Shown piece after piece: positions 29,710-39,643 of a DNA stretch of 64,000 nucleotides. The stretch is from the NCBI GenBank assembly GCA_963666215.2, contig CAXWPL010000001.1:64001-128000 (forward strand), read 5' to 3'. This stretch comes from Acidobacteriota bacterium (lineage in GTDB: Bacteria; Acidobacteriota; UBA890; WLXD01). A program made the position numbers and the translations under genes. Numbering within the stretch: the first letter of the stretch is position 1; each line of letters begins with the position of its first letter. The notes below the pieces were generated by a model that had not been told where the DNA came from, made no database searches, and was given only the letters and a program-made list of their open reading frames with translations.

Positions 29710-31413
29710 ATGTCAGGAACCCTTCTACAGCTGGTCGTCTTCCTGCCGGCACTGGGAGCGATCGCGATCGCGCTCTTACTCAGCAAGGAACGCGAAAACG
29801 AAATCAGGTGGGTCGCGCACATCGTCGTCTTCGTAGACATGGTGCTGTCGCTGTTTCTGCTGCGCGGCTTCGACTTCACGAGCGCCGAGCTGCAGCACGT
29901 CACCCGCGCCTCCTGGATCCCGACGATCGGCGTCGAGTACTTCATGGGAATCGACGGCATCTCGCTCCTTCTGATCATCCTGACCACTGTGCTGGGTGCG
30001 ATCGCCTTCATGTCCTCGTGGACCTACATCACCACGCGGATCAAGGAGTACTACGTGTTCCTGCTGCTGCTGCAGACGGGAATGCTGGGCGTCTTCGTGT
30101 CGTTCGACTTCTTCCTGTTCTACATCTTCTGGGAAGTGATGCTCGTGCCGATGTACTTCCTCATCGGCATCTGGGGCGGCAAGAACCGCATGTACGCCGC
30201 CATCAAGTTCTTCCTGTACACGCTCTTCGGGTCGGTCCTGATGTTGCTGGCGATCCTGGCGCTGTACTTCCACATGCACGCCGTCACCGGTACCTGGACA
30301 CTGAACATCCTCGAGTACTACCAGCTCGATGTGCCGGCGAACCTGCAGTGGTGGGTGTTCCTCGGCTTCTTCTTCGGGTTCGCGATCAAGGTGCCGATGT
30401 GGCCGTTCCACACCTGGCTCCCCGACGCGCACGTCCAGGCGCCTACCGCGGCCTCCGTAATCCTGGCGGCCGTGCTGCTGAAGATGGGTGCCTACGGCTT
30501 CATCCGGCTGTCGCTGCCGGTGCTTCCGGACGCCTCGATCGACTTCGCGCCGTTGATCGCGGTGCTGTCGATCATCGCGATCATCTACGGCGCGCTCGTG
30601 GCCATGATGCAGAAGGACTGGAAGAGCCTCGTCGCGTACTCGTCGGTGTCGCACATGGGGTTCATCACACTCGGCATCTTCGCGCTGAACCCGGTAGGGC
30701 TGCAGGGCGGACTGATCCAGATGCTCAGCCACGGTATCTCGACCGGCGGACTGTTCCTCGTGGTCGGGCTGATCTACGAGCGCACGCACACCCGTGAGAT
30801 TGCTGCCTTCTCGGGCCTCGGTAAGGTCATGCCGGTGTACGCGACGCTGTTCGCGATCATCATGCTGTCGTCAATGGGGCTGCCGGGGCTCAATGGGTTT
30901 ATCGGTGAGTTCCTGATTCTGGTTGGCGCCTTCGAGGCCAACCCGGTGTGGGCCTACTGGGCGGTCTGGGGCGTGGTTCTAGCGGCGGCCTATTTGTTGT
31001 GGCTCTTCCAGCGGGTGATGTTGGGTGAGGTCAAGGACGACAAGATCGCGGGTCTCAAGGACCTCAACCTGCGCGAGACGATGACGCTGGCGCCGCTATG
31101 CGTCCTGGCGATTTGGATGGGGCTTTATCCGAAGCCGATTCTCGAGACGCTCGAGCCGCCGGTGAACGCAATCATCGAGCGCGTACAGCCTGGCTACTTC
31201 GCAGAGAGCGGGATCTCCACGCCGCGCTTGCCGAGCGTCGCCGGCTTGAGCCGTACCGCGGAGCCTGGCGTCGACGCCGACCTCCTGGTGGCCGACGAGC
31301 TCACGGAACAACGTTCGAACACCGACACGGCTAACGACCCGGTACCGCTAACGACCTCGGAGCAGAACGAGCCCACCGCTGACGCAGATCCCTCGACGGG
31401 CGGAGACCACTAG
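29710..31413 (+). CDS. nuoM: NADH-quinone oxidoreductase subunit M, with acidic C-terminal tail
   Basis: FWEVMLVP, IKVPMWPFHTWLPDAH, LLKMGAYG, AYSSVSHMG. Confidence 0.97.
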   Translation: MSGTLLQLVVFLPALGAIAIALLLSKERENEIRWVAHIVVFVDMVLSLFLLRGFDFTSAELQHVTRASWIPTIGVEYFMGIDGISLLLIILTTVLGAIAFMSSWTYITTRIKEYYVFLLLLQTGMLGVFVSFDFFLFYIFWEVMLVPMYFLIGIWGGKNRMYAAIKFFLYTLFGSVLMLLAILALYFHMHAVTGTWTLNILEYYQLDVPANLQWWVFLGFFFGFAIKVPMWPFHTWLPDAHVQAPTAASVILAAVLLKMGAYGFIRLSLPVLPDASIDFAPLIAVLSIIAIIYGALVAMMQKDWKSLVAYSSVSHMGFITLGIFALNPVGLQGGLIQMLSHGISTGGLFLVVGLIYERTHTREIAAFSGLGKVMPVYATLFAIIMLSSMGLPGLNGFIGEFLILVGAFEANPVWAYWAVWGVVLAAAYLLWLFQRVMLGEVKDDKIAGLKDLNLRETMTLAPLCVLAIWMGLYPKPILETLEPPVNAIIERVQPGYFAESGISTPRLPSVAGLSRTAEPGVDADLLVADELTEQRSNTDTANDPVPLTTSEQNEPTADADPSTGGDH

Positions 31414-31417
31414 TTCG

Positions 31418-32887
31418 ATGGACTCGATGCCGTTTTCAAGCTCCGATCTGGTGGCGCTCAGCCCCGAGATCATCCTCACCATCGGTGCGATGGTCGTTCT
31501 CCTGTGGGGTTCGTTCGACAGCGCGCGCCAGAAACCCGGCAACTTCGCGTACATCTCCCTCGCCAGTGTGCTCAGCGCTGCAGCGGCACTCTGGCTCTGG
31601 GTGTCACCGCTCGCGGCCTCCGGTGTTACGACCGCGTTCTCCAACCAGCTCGCGGTTGACGGCTTCGGCACCTTCTTCTCGGCGATTTTTCTGCTGACCG
31701 CCGCGCTGGCGATCCTCGCGTCGACGCGCTTTCTCGACGACGCCAAGGCGCACCATCCCGAGTACTACTTCCTGATGCTGACGGCGCTGATCGGCATGCT
31801 GATCATGGCGCGTGGTGCCGATCTGATCTCCCTCTTCGTCGGCCTCGAGCTCCAGGCTCTCTCGGTGTACGTGATGGTCGGCTACCTCAAGGGCGATCGT
31901 CGCTCCGCAGAGGGCGGCCTCAAATATTTCATCCTCGGCGGCCTTTCGTCGGGCATATTCATCTACGCGTTGTCGCTCCTCTACGCCGTTACCGGGGTCA
32001 CGGCGCTCGACGCCCTTGCCGCAACGCTCGGCGACGGAGCACTGGCCGCCAACCCGATCCTGATGATCGCACTGCTCCTGTTGCTGGTGGCGCTGGCCTT
32101 CAAGGTGGCAGCGGTGCCCTTCCACCTCTGGGCACCCGACGCCTACAGCGGCGCGCCGACACCCGTGGCTCTGTTCATCTCGGTCGCGTCCAAGGGCGCC
32201 GCTTTCGCGATGATGCTTCGTATTCTGTATTCCGGGCTGGGACCACTAGCACCTTCCTGGGCGGCGGTCCTCGCGGTGATCTCGGCCATCACCATGACGT
32301 TCGGCAACGTCGCCGCGCTGAGCCAAACCAACATCAAGCGGATGCTCGCCTACTCCAGCATCGCGCACGCCGGCTACGCGCTCATCGGCGTGGTCGCTGG
32401 CGGCGAAACGGGCCTCGCCGCGACGCTCTTCTATCTGTTCGCCTACACGTTCATGAACGTTGGCGCTTGGGGCACCATCATGCTCCTGCGGCGCGACGGG
32501 CTGGCCGGCGACCAGATCGACGACTTCGCCGGACTCGGGCAGCGCTCGTACTGGGCGGCGGGGGCAATGCTGTTGTTCTTGCTCTCGCTCGGCGGCATCC
32601 CGCCAACGATCGGCTTCCTCGGCAAGTGGTACCTTTTCGGCGCCGCCATCGGCGCCGGCTGGGTCTGGCTAGCGCTCATCGGCGCTCTCAATGCGGCGGC
32701 CTCGCTCTACTACTACCTGCGCATCGTGGTTGCCATGCTCATCCGTGAGCCCGAAGACAACGTGACGCTGGTCAACTCGACACCTCTGAATCTGACCCTC
32801 GCAATCAGCGCAGTCATGACAGTCCTCGGACTCCTCTGGGCCACACCGTTCCTCGAGTGGGCGCAACGGGCTACGCTGTCGTTCTGA
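31418..32887 (+). CDS. nuoN: NADH-quinone oxidoreductase subunit N
   Basis: EGGLKYF, FKVAAVPFHLWAPDAY, KRMLAYSSIAHAGY, SLGGIPP. Confidence 0.97.
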   Translation: MDSMPFSSSDLVALSPEIILTIGAMVVLLWGSFDSARQKPGNFAYISLASVLSAAAALWLWVSPLAASGVTTAFSNQLAVDGFGTFFSAIFLLTAALAILASTRFLDDAKAHHPEYYFLMLTALIGMLIMARGADLISLFVGLELQALSVYVMVGYLKGDRRSAEGGLKYFILGGLSSGIFIYALSLLYAVTGVTALDALAATLGDGALAANPILMIALLLLLVALAFKVAAVPFHLWAPDAYSGAPTPVALFISVASKGAAFAMMLRILYSGLGPLAPSWAAVLAVISAITMTFGNVAALSQTNIKRMLAYSSIAHAGYALIGVVAGGETGLAATLFYLFAYTFMNVGAWGTIMLLRRDGLAGDQIDDFAGLGQRSYWAAGAMLLFLLSLGGIPPTIGFLGKWYLFGAAIGAGWVWLALIGALNAAASLYYYLRIVVAMLIREPEDNVTLVNSTPLNLTLAISAVMTVLGLLWATPFLEWAQRATLSF

Positions 32888-32970
32888 AGCTACAAGGCAC
32901 GCCTGCCTGTCGTAGCGGTGGCCTGACCCTCGGCGAGGAACCACCGGATGGGTGGCCGAGGTAACGACGG

Positions 32971-35900
32971 ATGTCCGGTAAAAACGCGCTCGACGCGGTC
33001 GTGCAGGCTCTGCTAGCCGCTCTCATCGTGACCGCAGTCGATGTTCACTTCGTTCAGTGGACGAGCTACGCCATCGCGCCGAGCTTGCTGCTGTTTGGCT
33101 GGGTAGCCAACGGTCTGACGCTCACGGCAGTCGTTACGCCCGTGGCCCTGTGCGGCGCGCTGGTAGCCGGCCGTGTTACCGGATTTACTACGGCGCGTGA
33201 CAACGCTCGCCACTTAGCACTGACCACTTCTTCGCTTTTCGCGCTGGCCTTCTACAACCTGGTGCGTCTGAAAGCATGGGTGCCGCCCGTGCTCGGTCGA
33301 GCGACTTTTGCCGTGGCCGTTGTGGTTGGCGCCGCGGCGGCCATTCTGGGGGATGTCACAGGCTCCGTTGAAAAAGGGTGACGGTGATCCGACCTCGATA
33401 GTGTGTCGGGGTCAATCCACTGGCATGGAGGATCACCGTCATGAGCAAGAGTCGCAGAACAGAGACAAGTAGGAAAGCGGAGCGCCAAGAGAACCCGCTC
33501 CTGGAGGCAGTGGTAGCGGCGCGATCGGATCTACGAGCGCTGGTCATGGACGCGGGCTTCGGGGTGTTGGGTTCGCTGCTGGAAGAAGACCGGGCGGAGC
33601 TCTGCGGAGAGCGCTACGCGCGGTCACAGCAGCGGCGGGCGTACCGACACGGCTACGACGAGGGCTCGCTGGTGATGGGCGGCCGGCGGGTCAAGGTACG
33701 CAAGCCGCGGGCTCGGAGCGTCGATGGCCAAGAGCTGCCGCTGCCGCACTGGGAGAGGTTCAAGGCAACAGATCCGCTCGAAGAGCGCGCCGTAGAGCAG
33801 ATCCTGTGCGGCGTCACGACGCGCAAGTACGAGCGCTCGTTAGAGCAGCTCGACGACGGGCGAGCTTCGTCGGGAACGAGTCGCTCGAGTGTGTCGCGGC
33901 GGTTCGTAGCGCGTACAGCCAAGCAGGTGCAGCAGTACCTGGCCCAACCGCTCAATGAAGTGGACCTGCCGGTGCTGGTGATCGACGGCACGCACATGGG
34001 CAAGCACTTGTTGGTGGATCGCCATGGGCATCGACGCGGACGGCGTCAAGCATGTGCTGGGTGTCGTAGAGGGCACCACGGAGAGCTCCCACGTGTGCCG
34101 GTCGCTGCTGCGGCAGTTGATCGAGCGCGGCATGCCCGTCGAACGGGCGCGGTTGGTGGTAATCGATGGCTCCAAGGGCCTCCGTAAAGCAGTGCGCGAC
34201 ACGTTCGGCGAGTGGGCCCTGATCCAGCGCTTGTCCACAAGATCAAGAATGTATTGGAGCATCTGCCAGGGCATATCCGGCCCTGGTTCGCAGCCAAGAT
34301 TGGAAGGCGGAGACGCCACGCAGCGACCAAGGCCGACGCCGTGGTCAAGGAGCTGGAGACCGATCACCCCTGCAGCGGCCTCGCTCAGAGAAGGAATGCA
34401 AGAGAACCGTCACTGGCTCCGTCAGGGGCCGCTGCTTCGGAACGTTCAACGAATACGATCGAGAACCTGAACGGGACGATCAAACACGTCAGCCGCAACG
34501 TAAAGCGGTGGCGCTCCGGGAGCATGATGTTCGATGGGCGGGTCGAGGCCGAGAGCAAGTTCCGGAGGGTTCGTGGCTACCGCGACATCGCCAAGCTCGA
34601 TGCCGCACTCAACACCGCCGTGTTCCCCTTGAGCAGGAGCGGTCCGGTGGGACATCCCCCCATTCTGCTGGCGCCGAAGCTGGCTCGTCGGGTGAAGGTC
34701 GCGATCGTGCCAATCGGACTCTGGGTGGCCATGAGTGGGTCCGTTCTTGCCTGGCTGGTCGCCTCACAGGGACGCAGCCAGGGCAGGGCAACGCTGAACC
34801 TCATGGCTGATCAGGGACTGGCGATCGGATTCCCTCCCCGCGTGGCCGCTCTGCTGTGCGTCGGCATCCTGCTGAATGCTGGCGCGCTCGGTTGGCTGCT
34901 GCGCAGCCCCGAGCTCCGAACCGGCAAAGTGTTGGCCGCCGTCGCGTCGACGTTGGCGATCAATTCGACCCTGTCGCTTGCGACCTTCGGCATCGCCCCC
35001 GGTACGGTGTCACCCGCGTTCGAACTGGCCGACCTCAGGTCGGCGTCGAAGACGACCGGAACCAACGTCATACTGATCGTGCTCGACACTGTGGGCGCCC
35101 GACACCTGCCAGCCTACGGGTACGATCGGCCGACCACTCCCAGGCTCGCGGCACTTGCCGCCAAGTCGACCCTATACGAGCACGCCTACGCAAACGCCAC
35201 ATCGTCGCTACCCTCACACGCCAGCATGCTGACCGGCTTGCTTCCACACCAGCACGGCGCTCGGAACTCGGTCACCCGAATGACCCCGAACGCCGCCGCG
35301 CCCGAGCTGTCGTCGCTTTCAATTCGGCCCGTGCCCCTCGACGATCGGCACACAACGCTCGCCGAGCGCCTGAGGCAGGCGGGCCACCATACTTCGCTCA
35401 TCGCGGCTAATTACGGTTACTTTGCATGGCCGTTCGGCCTTACTCAGGGCTTCGAATACGTCGATAATCGGCCAAGAAACCTGGCCCCGGTCGAGTTGGT
35501 CAGCGCCCCGCTGCTGCGCCAATTGACACCCTCCCGCCTCATCTCGCTTTACGAACGGGCCGCACTGTCGGTGTTCGACGCCGAGCAGATCGTGGCCCAC
35601 ACGCTCGACTGGCTCGACGATCCTCGGCGACCGGCGGCACCTTTCTTCCTGCTTGCGAACTTCATGGACGCCCACGAGATCCAGGTGGTCGATCGCGAGG
35701 ACGGACCTCTATCTGACCTCGGCGCCGCGATTGGCGCGCGACCACCGCTCTCGAGTCGCGATCAGTACGACGTAACGATCCGCTACCTCGATGCACATCT
35801 GGGCCAGTTTCTCGACGAGCTCGCAGCGCGCGACCTGTTTGAGGACAGCTTGATTATCGTGACCTCCGACCACGGCGAGCGCTTTTCGGCCGATGGAAGC

Positions 35901-36431
35901 AACGCCCACAGCATCGAAGTGTGGGAGTCACTCGTGCATGTGCCGCTGATTGTGAAGCGCCCGGGCCAACAACGAGGCTCGCGCGATGCGCGTCCCGTGC
36001 AGCTGGCGGGAATCTACGCAACCATTCTCGCGGAGCTCGGCATCGACCAGCCTGACGGAGCTCACGCCGACTCTTGGTCCTCCGCGAGCGCCCCGATCAT
36101 CCTCGAAGCCTATTTCGCAGCACTGGGCGGCAGCGAAGTCACTCTCGGCGAGGTGGCTTCGCAACGACCAACTTCCTGGGCGATTGTTGACGGGCGCTGG
36201 AAGCTCATCAAGTTCGGCGACGGGCGCGCCCTGCTGTTCGACGTCTGGGCCGACCCCGACGAGACCGACAACCAGATCACGCGGCAGCCCGATGTCGCCG
36301 CTCGACTCGCGGACGCTCTCGGCGACGTCGTAACCGAAGAGGTCGTCACGGCGCATCTCGACGTCGTTGAAGTCCAGCCGCTCGACAGCGAGACGCTGAG
36401 GCGTCTGCGCTCTCTCGGCTACGTGCAGTAG
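32971..36431 (+). pseudogene. Membrane-anchored sulfatase-like (alkaline phosphatase superfamily) gene interrupted by IS256 copy 2
   Basis: Joining 32971..33348 to 34668..36431 gives one 713 aa frame (..AAAIL|LAPKLARR..); NVILIVLDT, SSLPSHASMLTG, TSDHGE, VPLI, C-terminal LRSLGYV. Confidence 0.9.
33349..34659 (+). mobile_element. IS256-family element, degenerate copy (1311 bp) with 8-bp target duplication CCATTCTG
   Basis: Near-identical to copy 1 up to about 34015, then many indels; CCATTCTG at 33341-33348 and 34660-34667. Confidence 0.93.
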
Positions 36432-36462
36432 GCGACTCGCTGCCAGCAGGAACGCGGTGTGC

Positions 36463-37541
36463 CTAGCGAAGCAGCTCTTCGCGAAGATAACGCTCGAGGC
36501 GATCGGCATAGGTCGTGTTCGTGCTGGCGCTCGGGTGATTATCGTACGGCGCGTGCGAGGCCCCGGGCAGTGTCGTATCGACAGCTATGTCGACCGTCCG
36601 AGCTCCGATTTGGCGGGCGTAGCTCAGCATCGCGTGCGTGCGCGGGTGATCAGAGAGCCCGGCGAGCACGAGCTCAGAACCGTGCCCTAGGGCAAGCTCG
36701 GCGAAGCGGCCGAGAATCGCCCTCGTAACACCGTCACCATCCACCGAACGTGTCTCGACGCGGTTATAGAGCTCGTCGATGAAATTCGACAAGGCGGATT
36801 GGCGGTAGAACGGCAAGCCACGGTAATGAAGGGGAACGACCTCACGGCGCAACTCACCTTCGACCAGCCTGGCACGGGGAATCGCAATCAACCCCATGCT
36901 GTGTCCAATGCCTTGTGCCGCGCGCGTGGCGACGTGTTGCGTCGCGCGTGGAACCAGTTGTACGCGATCAGCACCACCCAAGGTGCTGGTCGCTGTGTTA
37001 ATGCCGCCTCGTACTGGATCAGCGCGTGCAGGGTGCCGTAGCCACCGACCCCGAAGTTGACAAGATCGAGCTCAGGGAAGCGTTCCTGCAGCTTCCACGG
37101 GAACGTCTCGTCGTCCTCGAGCAGCCAGCCGTAGGTGAACGAACCACCGAAGATCCAGACCGCGGCGCGGCCGCTGGTGGAAGGGTCGGGAGCTTCCGAA
37201 GCACCGGTTGACGGTCGTGTGATGCGCAACCCGTCGAGCGCGTTGCTGGTGTGGAAGACCTTGCCCCATCGCATCTCGATACGGTGGCGGCCTGGGCGGT
37301 AGACGTAGCCGAGATCGGGATCGCTGAGATACAAGCTTCCGCCAGGCTCGACCGAGGCGACCCCTACCTCGGAGCGCCCCCACGGCCGATAGCCGGCGAG
37401 GCGAACCAGCACCTCTCCCGCGAGCACGGCCAGCAGCACCGAGGCAGTCAGCAACGTGAGGCTCCGCCACCGTTCGCGCACTTGATCGGGTCCCTGACGT
37501 GGCACGAGAATCAGCTCCGTCGGGCATGCTGTAGCCGGCAT
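36463..37541 (-). pseudogene. SGNH/GDSL-type membrane-anchored hydrolase with a frameshift near 36890 (start uncertain)
   Basis: WIFGGSFTYG and VNFGVGGYG lie in one frame and the C-terminal YDNHPS in another; adding one G to TGGGG restores the frame. Confidence 0.75.
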
Positions 37542-37592
37542 CGTAGCGAGCACGGACCGGAGCGGAGCGCCAATGCAACCATCGATTGACAC

Positions 37593-37871
37593 ATGAAAGA
37601 GGAATCACCCCTTGAAGCGACGCGCGAGTTGGCCAAGAACAGCCATCTGGGAATCATGTTCCCGGTTGCCATCGGACTCGGATTTTTCGTAGGTTACCAG
37701 GCGGATCGATGGCTGGGGACATCACCCTGGCTGGCACTCGCGGGCTTCTTTCTGGGCATGATCGCCGCGATCCGCAGCCTGCTGCAGGCGGTCACGCGTG
37801 AGGAGGGGTCGCAGGCAGATCGCGTCATCGGCCCGGAACCCGACGACGACCGGCAGGGGCGATCACACTGA
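37593..37871 (+). CDS. AtpZ/AtpI-family small membrane protein
   Basis: GFFVGYQADRWLGTSPWL motif; first gene of the atp cluster. Confidence 0.85.
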   Translation: MKEESPLEATRELAKNSHLGIMFPVAIGLGFFVGYQADRWLGTSPWLALAGFFLGMIAAIRSLLQAVTREEGSQADRVIGPEPDDDRQGRSH

Positions 37872-38272
37872 GCAACGAGGCTCATCCAGACGCCTCCCAA
37901 GAGGCAGTTGAGCGCCTGTTACGCAACACTCGGCTTGCGCTGGGCGGGCTCGCCCTCGGCCTCGCGGCGTGGTCGCGATCGTGGCAGCAGACCCTCGGGC
38001 TCCTCGCCACAGGCGGCGTTCTGCTGTTGCATTTGCGCTCTCTGATCGCGATTACCAATAGTTTGCTGGATAGCCATAGAACGGCACCTAGCCCCCTCCA
38101 GATGGCGTTCCTCGTAGGTCGCTTCGCGTTGCTGGGCATGGTGCTCTGTGTTATCGTGCTGCTGCCTGGGGTTGGGGTTGTACCCATCGTCCTGGGCCTC
38201 TCAACCCTCGTTCTCGCCATTCTTCTGGAAGCGATCCTGCAGGTCGTGAGCGACCCGCACGGACAGCGCTAG
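37868..38272 (+). CDS. atpI: ATP synthase subunit I-like membrane protein, apparent CTG start
   Basis: Frame is open from CTG 37868 (CTGA overlap with the upstream stop); four hydrophobic segments with GRFALL; lies just before atpB. Confidence 0.65.
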   Translation: MSNEAHPDASQEAVERLLRNTRLALGGLALGLAAWSRSWQQTLGLLATGGVLLLHLRSLIAITNSLLDSHRTAPSPLQMAFLVGRFALLGMVLCVIVLLPGVGVVPIVLGLSTLVLAILLEAILQVVSDPHGQR

Positions 38273-38337
38273 CGCTCTCCTCTCCTGTCCGTGTCGCTGC
38301 GAGCGCCGCCGACACGACCGGGCAACCCGCGACGGCC

Positions 38338-39033
38338 ATGGAACACGAGACCTCTGCGCTTTACGACTGGCTACACTCGGCGCTCGATGGTGCATTCGGC
38401 GCAGGTGTGATCTCTGATCAGGCGGTGATGGCCTTCTTCATCGTGGTGTTGTCGGCGATTGCTTTCCCGTTGCTCGCGCGTCGCTTCTCACTCGACAAGC
38501 CAGGCCCGTTCCAACAGCTGCTCGAAATCGGCGTGGACTCGATCCACACCATGACCGATGCGTTCATCGGAGAGAATGGCCGGCGCTACGTGAAGGTGAT
38601 GGGTCCGATCGCCTTCTTCATCCTGGCCTCGAACCTTCTCGCCTTCTTCCCCGGCTTTCAGCCGCCAACCGCCGACCTCAACACCACGGCCGCGCTCGGG
38701 CTGATCACGTTTCTGCTCTACAACTTCGTGGGCATTCGAGCCCAGGGGGTCCGCTATCTCAAGCAGTTCACCGGCGACTCGATACTGATGATGCCGCTGA
38801 TGCTGCCCATCGAGATCCTCAGTCACATGTCGAGGCCGCTGTCACTGTCGATCCGGCTGTTCGGGAACATTTTCGCCGAGCACACCCTCGCCGGCGTGTT
38901 CTTCTTCCTGTTGCCGATCGGGCTGCCGGTGATCTTCGCGCCGCTCGGCGTATTCGTCGCGTTCATGCAGACGTTTGTCTTCGTGATGCTTTCCATGATT
39001 TACATCGCTGGAGCGCTCGAGCACGGCCACTAG
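38338..39033 (+). CDS. atpB: F0 ATP synthase subunit a
   Basis: PTADLN, SRPLSLSIRLFGNI, QTFVFVMLSMIYI. Confidence 0.97.
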   Translation: MEHETSALYDWLHSALDGAFGAGVISDQAVMAFFIVVLSAIAFPLLARRFSLDKPGPFQQLLEIGVDSIHTMTDAFIGENGRRYVKVMGPIAFFILASNLLAFFPGFQPPTADLNTTAALGLITFLLYNFVGIRAQGVRYLKQFTGDSILMMPLMLPIEILSHMSRPLSLSIRLFGNIFAEHTLAGVFFFLLPIGLPVIFAPLGVFVAFMQTFVFVMLSMIYIAGALEHGH

Positions 39034-39092
39034 GCCGGAATCGCCGATCGCCCGACACCCGAAAGAAACACTTGCTGAAAGGAGCACCCCCG

Positions 39093-39422
39093 ATGAGCAA
39101 CAGAGTCGCCCTGGTTGCGGCCGCCGTACTGGTCGTGGTTGTCACACCCGGCCTGGCCTTGGCGCAGGACGGTTCCGTCTTCGACGTCAGCCAGGCGATC
39201 GCGATCTCTACAGGCTTCGGTATGGCCATAGCGGCTGCCGGATGTGGTCTGGCCCAGAGCCGTGCGATCGCTGCTGCGCTCGAAGGCATCGCCCGCAACC
39301 CGAGCGCCGCTGGCGCGATCCGCGGTGCGATGATCTTCGGTCTCGTCTTGATCGAGTCGCTGGCGATCTACGCACTGCTCGTCGCCATCCTCCTGATCTT
39401 CCTCTTCAACCGCGGCGCCTAG
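39093..39422 (+). CDS. atpE: F0 ATP synthase subunit c with signal-peptide-like N-terminus
   Basis: GIARNP loop, IESLAIY; AAAGGAG RBS before ATG 39093. Confidence 0.96.
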   Translation: MSNRVALVAAAVLVVVVTPGLALAQDGSVFDVSQAIAISTGFGMAIAAAGCGLAQSRAIAAALEGIARNPSAAGAIRGAMIFGLVLIESLAIYALLVAILLIFLFNRGA

Positions 39423-39533
39423 GAGGGACCCGAGTATCGGGGCGCTCCTAAACTCGGTGGGGGCTGGGGCCAAGTCTCGATCCACAGGATCGAGACTTGG
39501 CGGCGAGGAGGGACCCGAGTATCGGGACGCTCC
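39421..39533. repeat. Two 28-bp palindromic direct repeats flanking a perfect hairpin (REP/BIME-like)
   Basis: AGGAGGGACCCGAGTATCGGG(G/A)CGCTCC at 39421 and 39506; GCCAAGTCTCGATCC-ACA-GGATCGAGACTTGGC at 39469-39501. Confidence 0.75.
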
Positions 39534-39643
39534 GCCAGCCGCGTCAGGAGAGACCCGAACGTCGCAGACCACTCGCCTACGCCGACGAAGAGTGAACCGC
39601 CGTCACGGCCCGCTGAGAGCGTGGCCGCGGCGGTGTTTTGTCG

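Noticed and set aside
22338-30789. Long antisense and overlapping ORFs (e.g. 22338..23861, 23867..24964, 29776..30789)
   Set aside because: Shadow frames of highly biased GC-rich genes with no motifs; the same applies to most short ORFs in the track.
13366-32887. Selenoprotein (in-frame UGA) or tRNA-Sec near selA
   Set aside because: The Mo-oxidoreductase and nuo genes read through without an internal TGA; no tRNA-like fold, selB or selD was seen.
36687-36890. UGA read-through in the SGNH gene
   Set aside because: The in-frame continuation is not protein-like; the catalytic DxH block is in the shifted frame.
39421-39533. Mini CRISPR array
   Set aside because: Only two repeats, the 57-bp spacer is itself a hairpin, and there are no cas genes.
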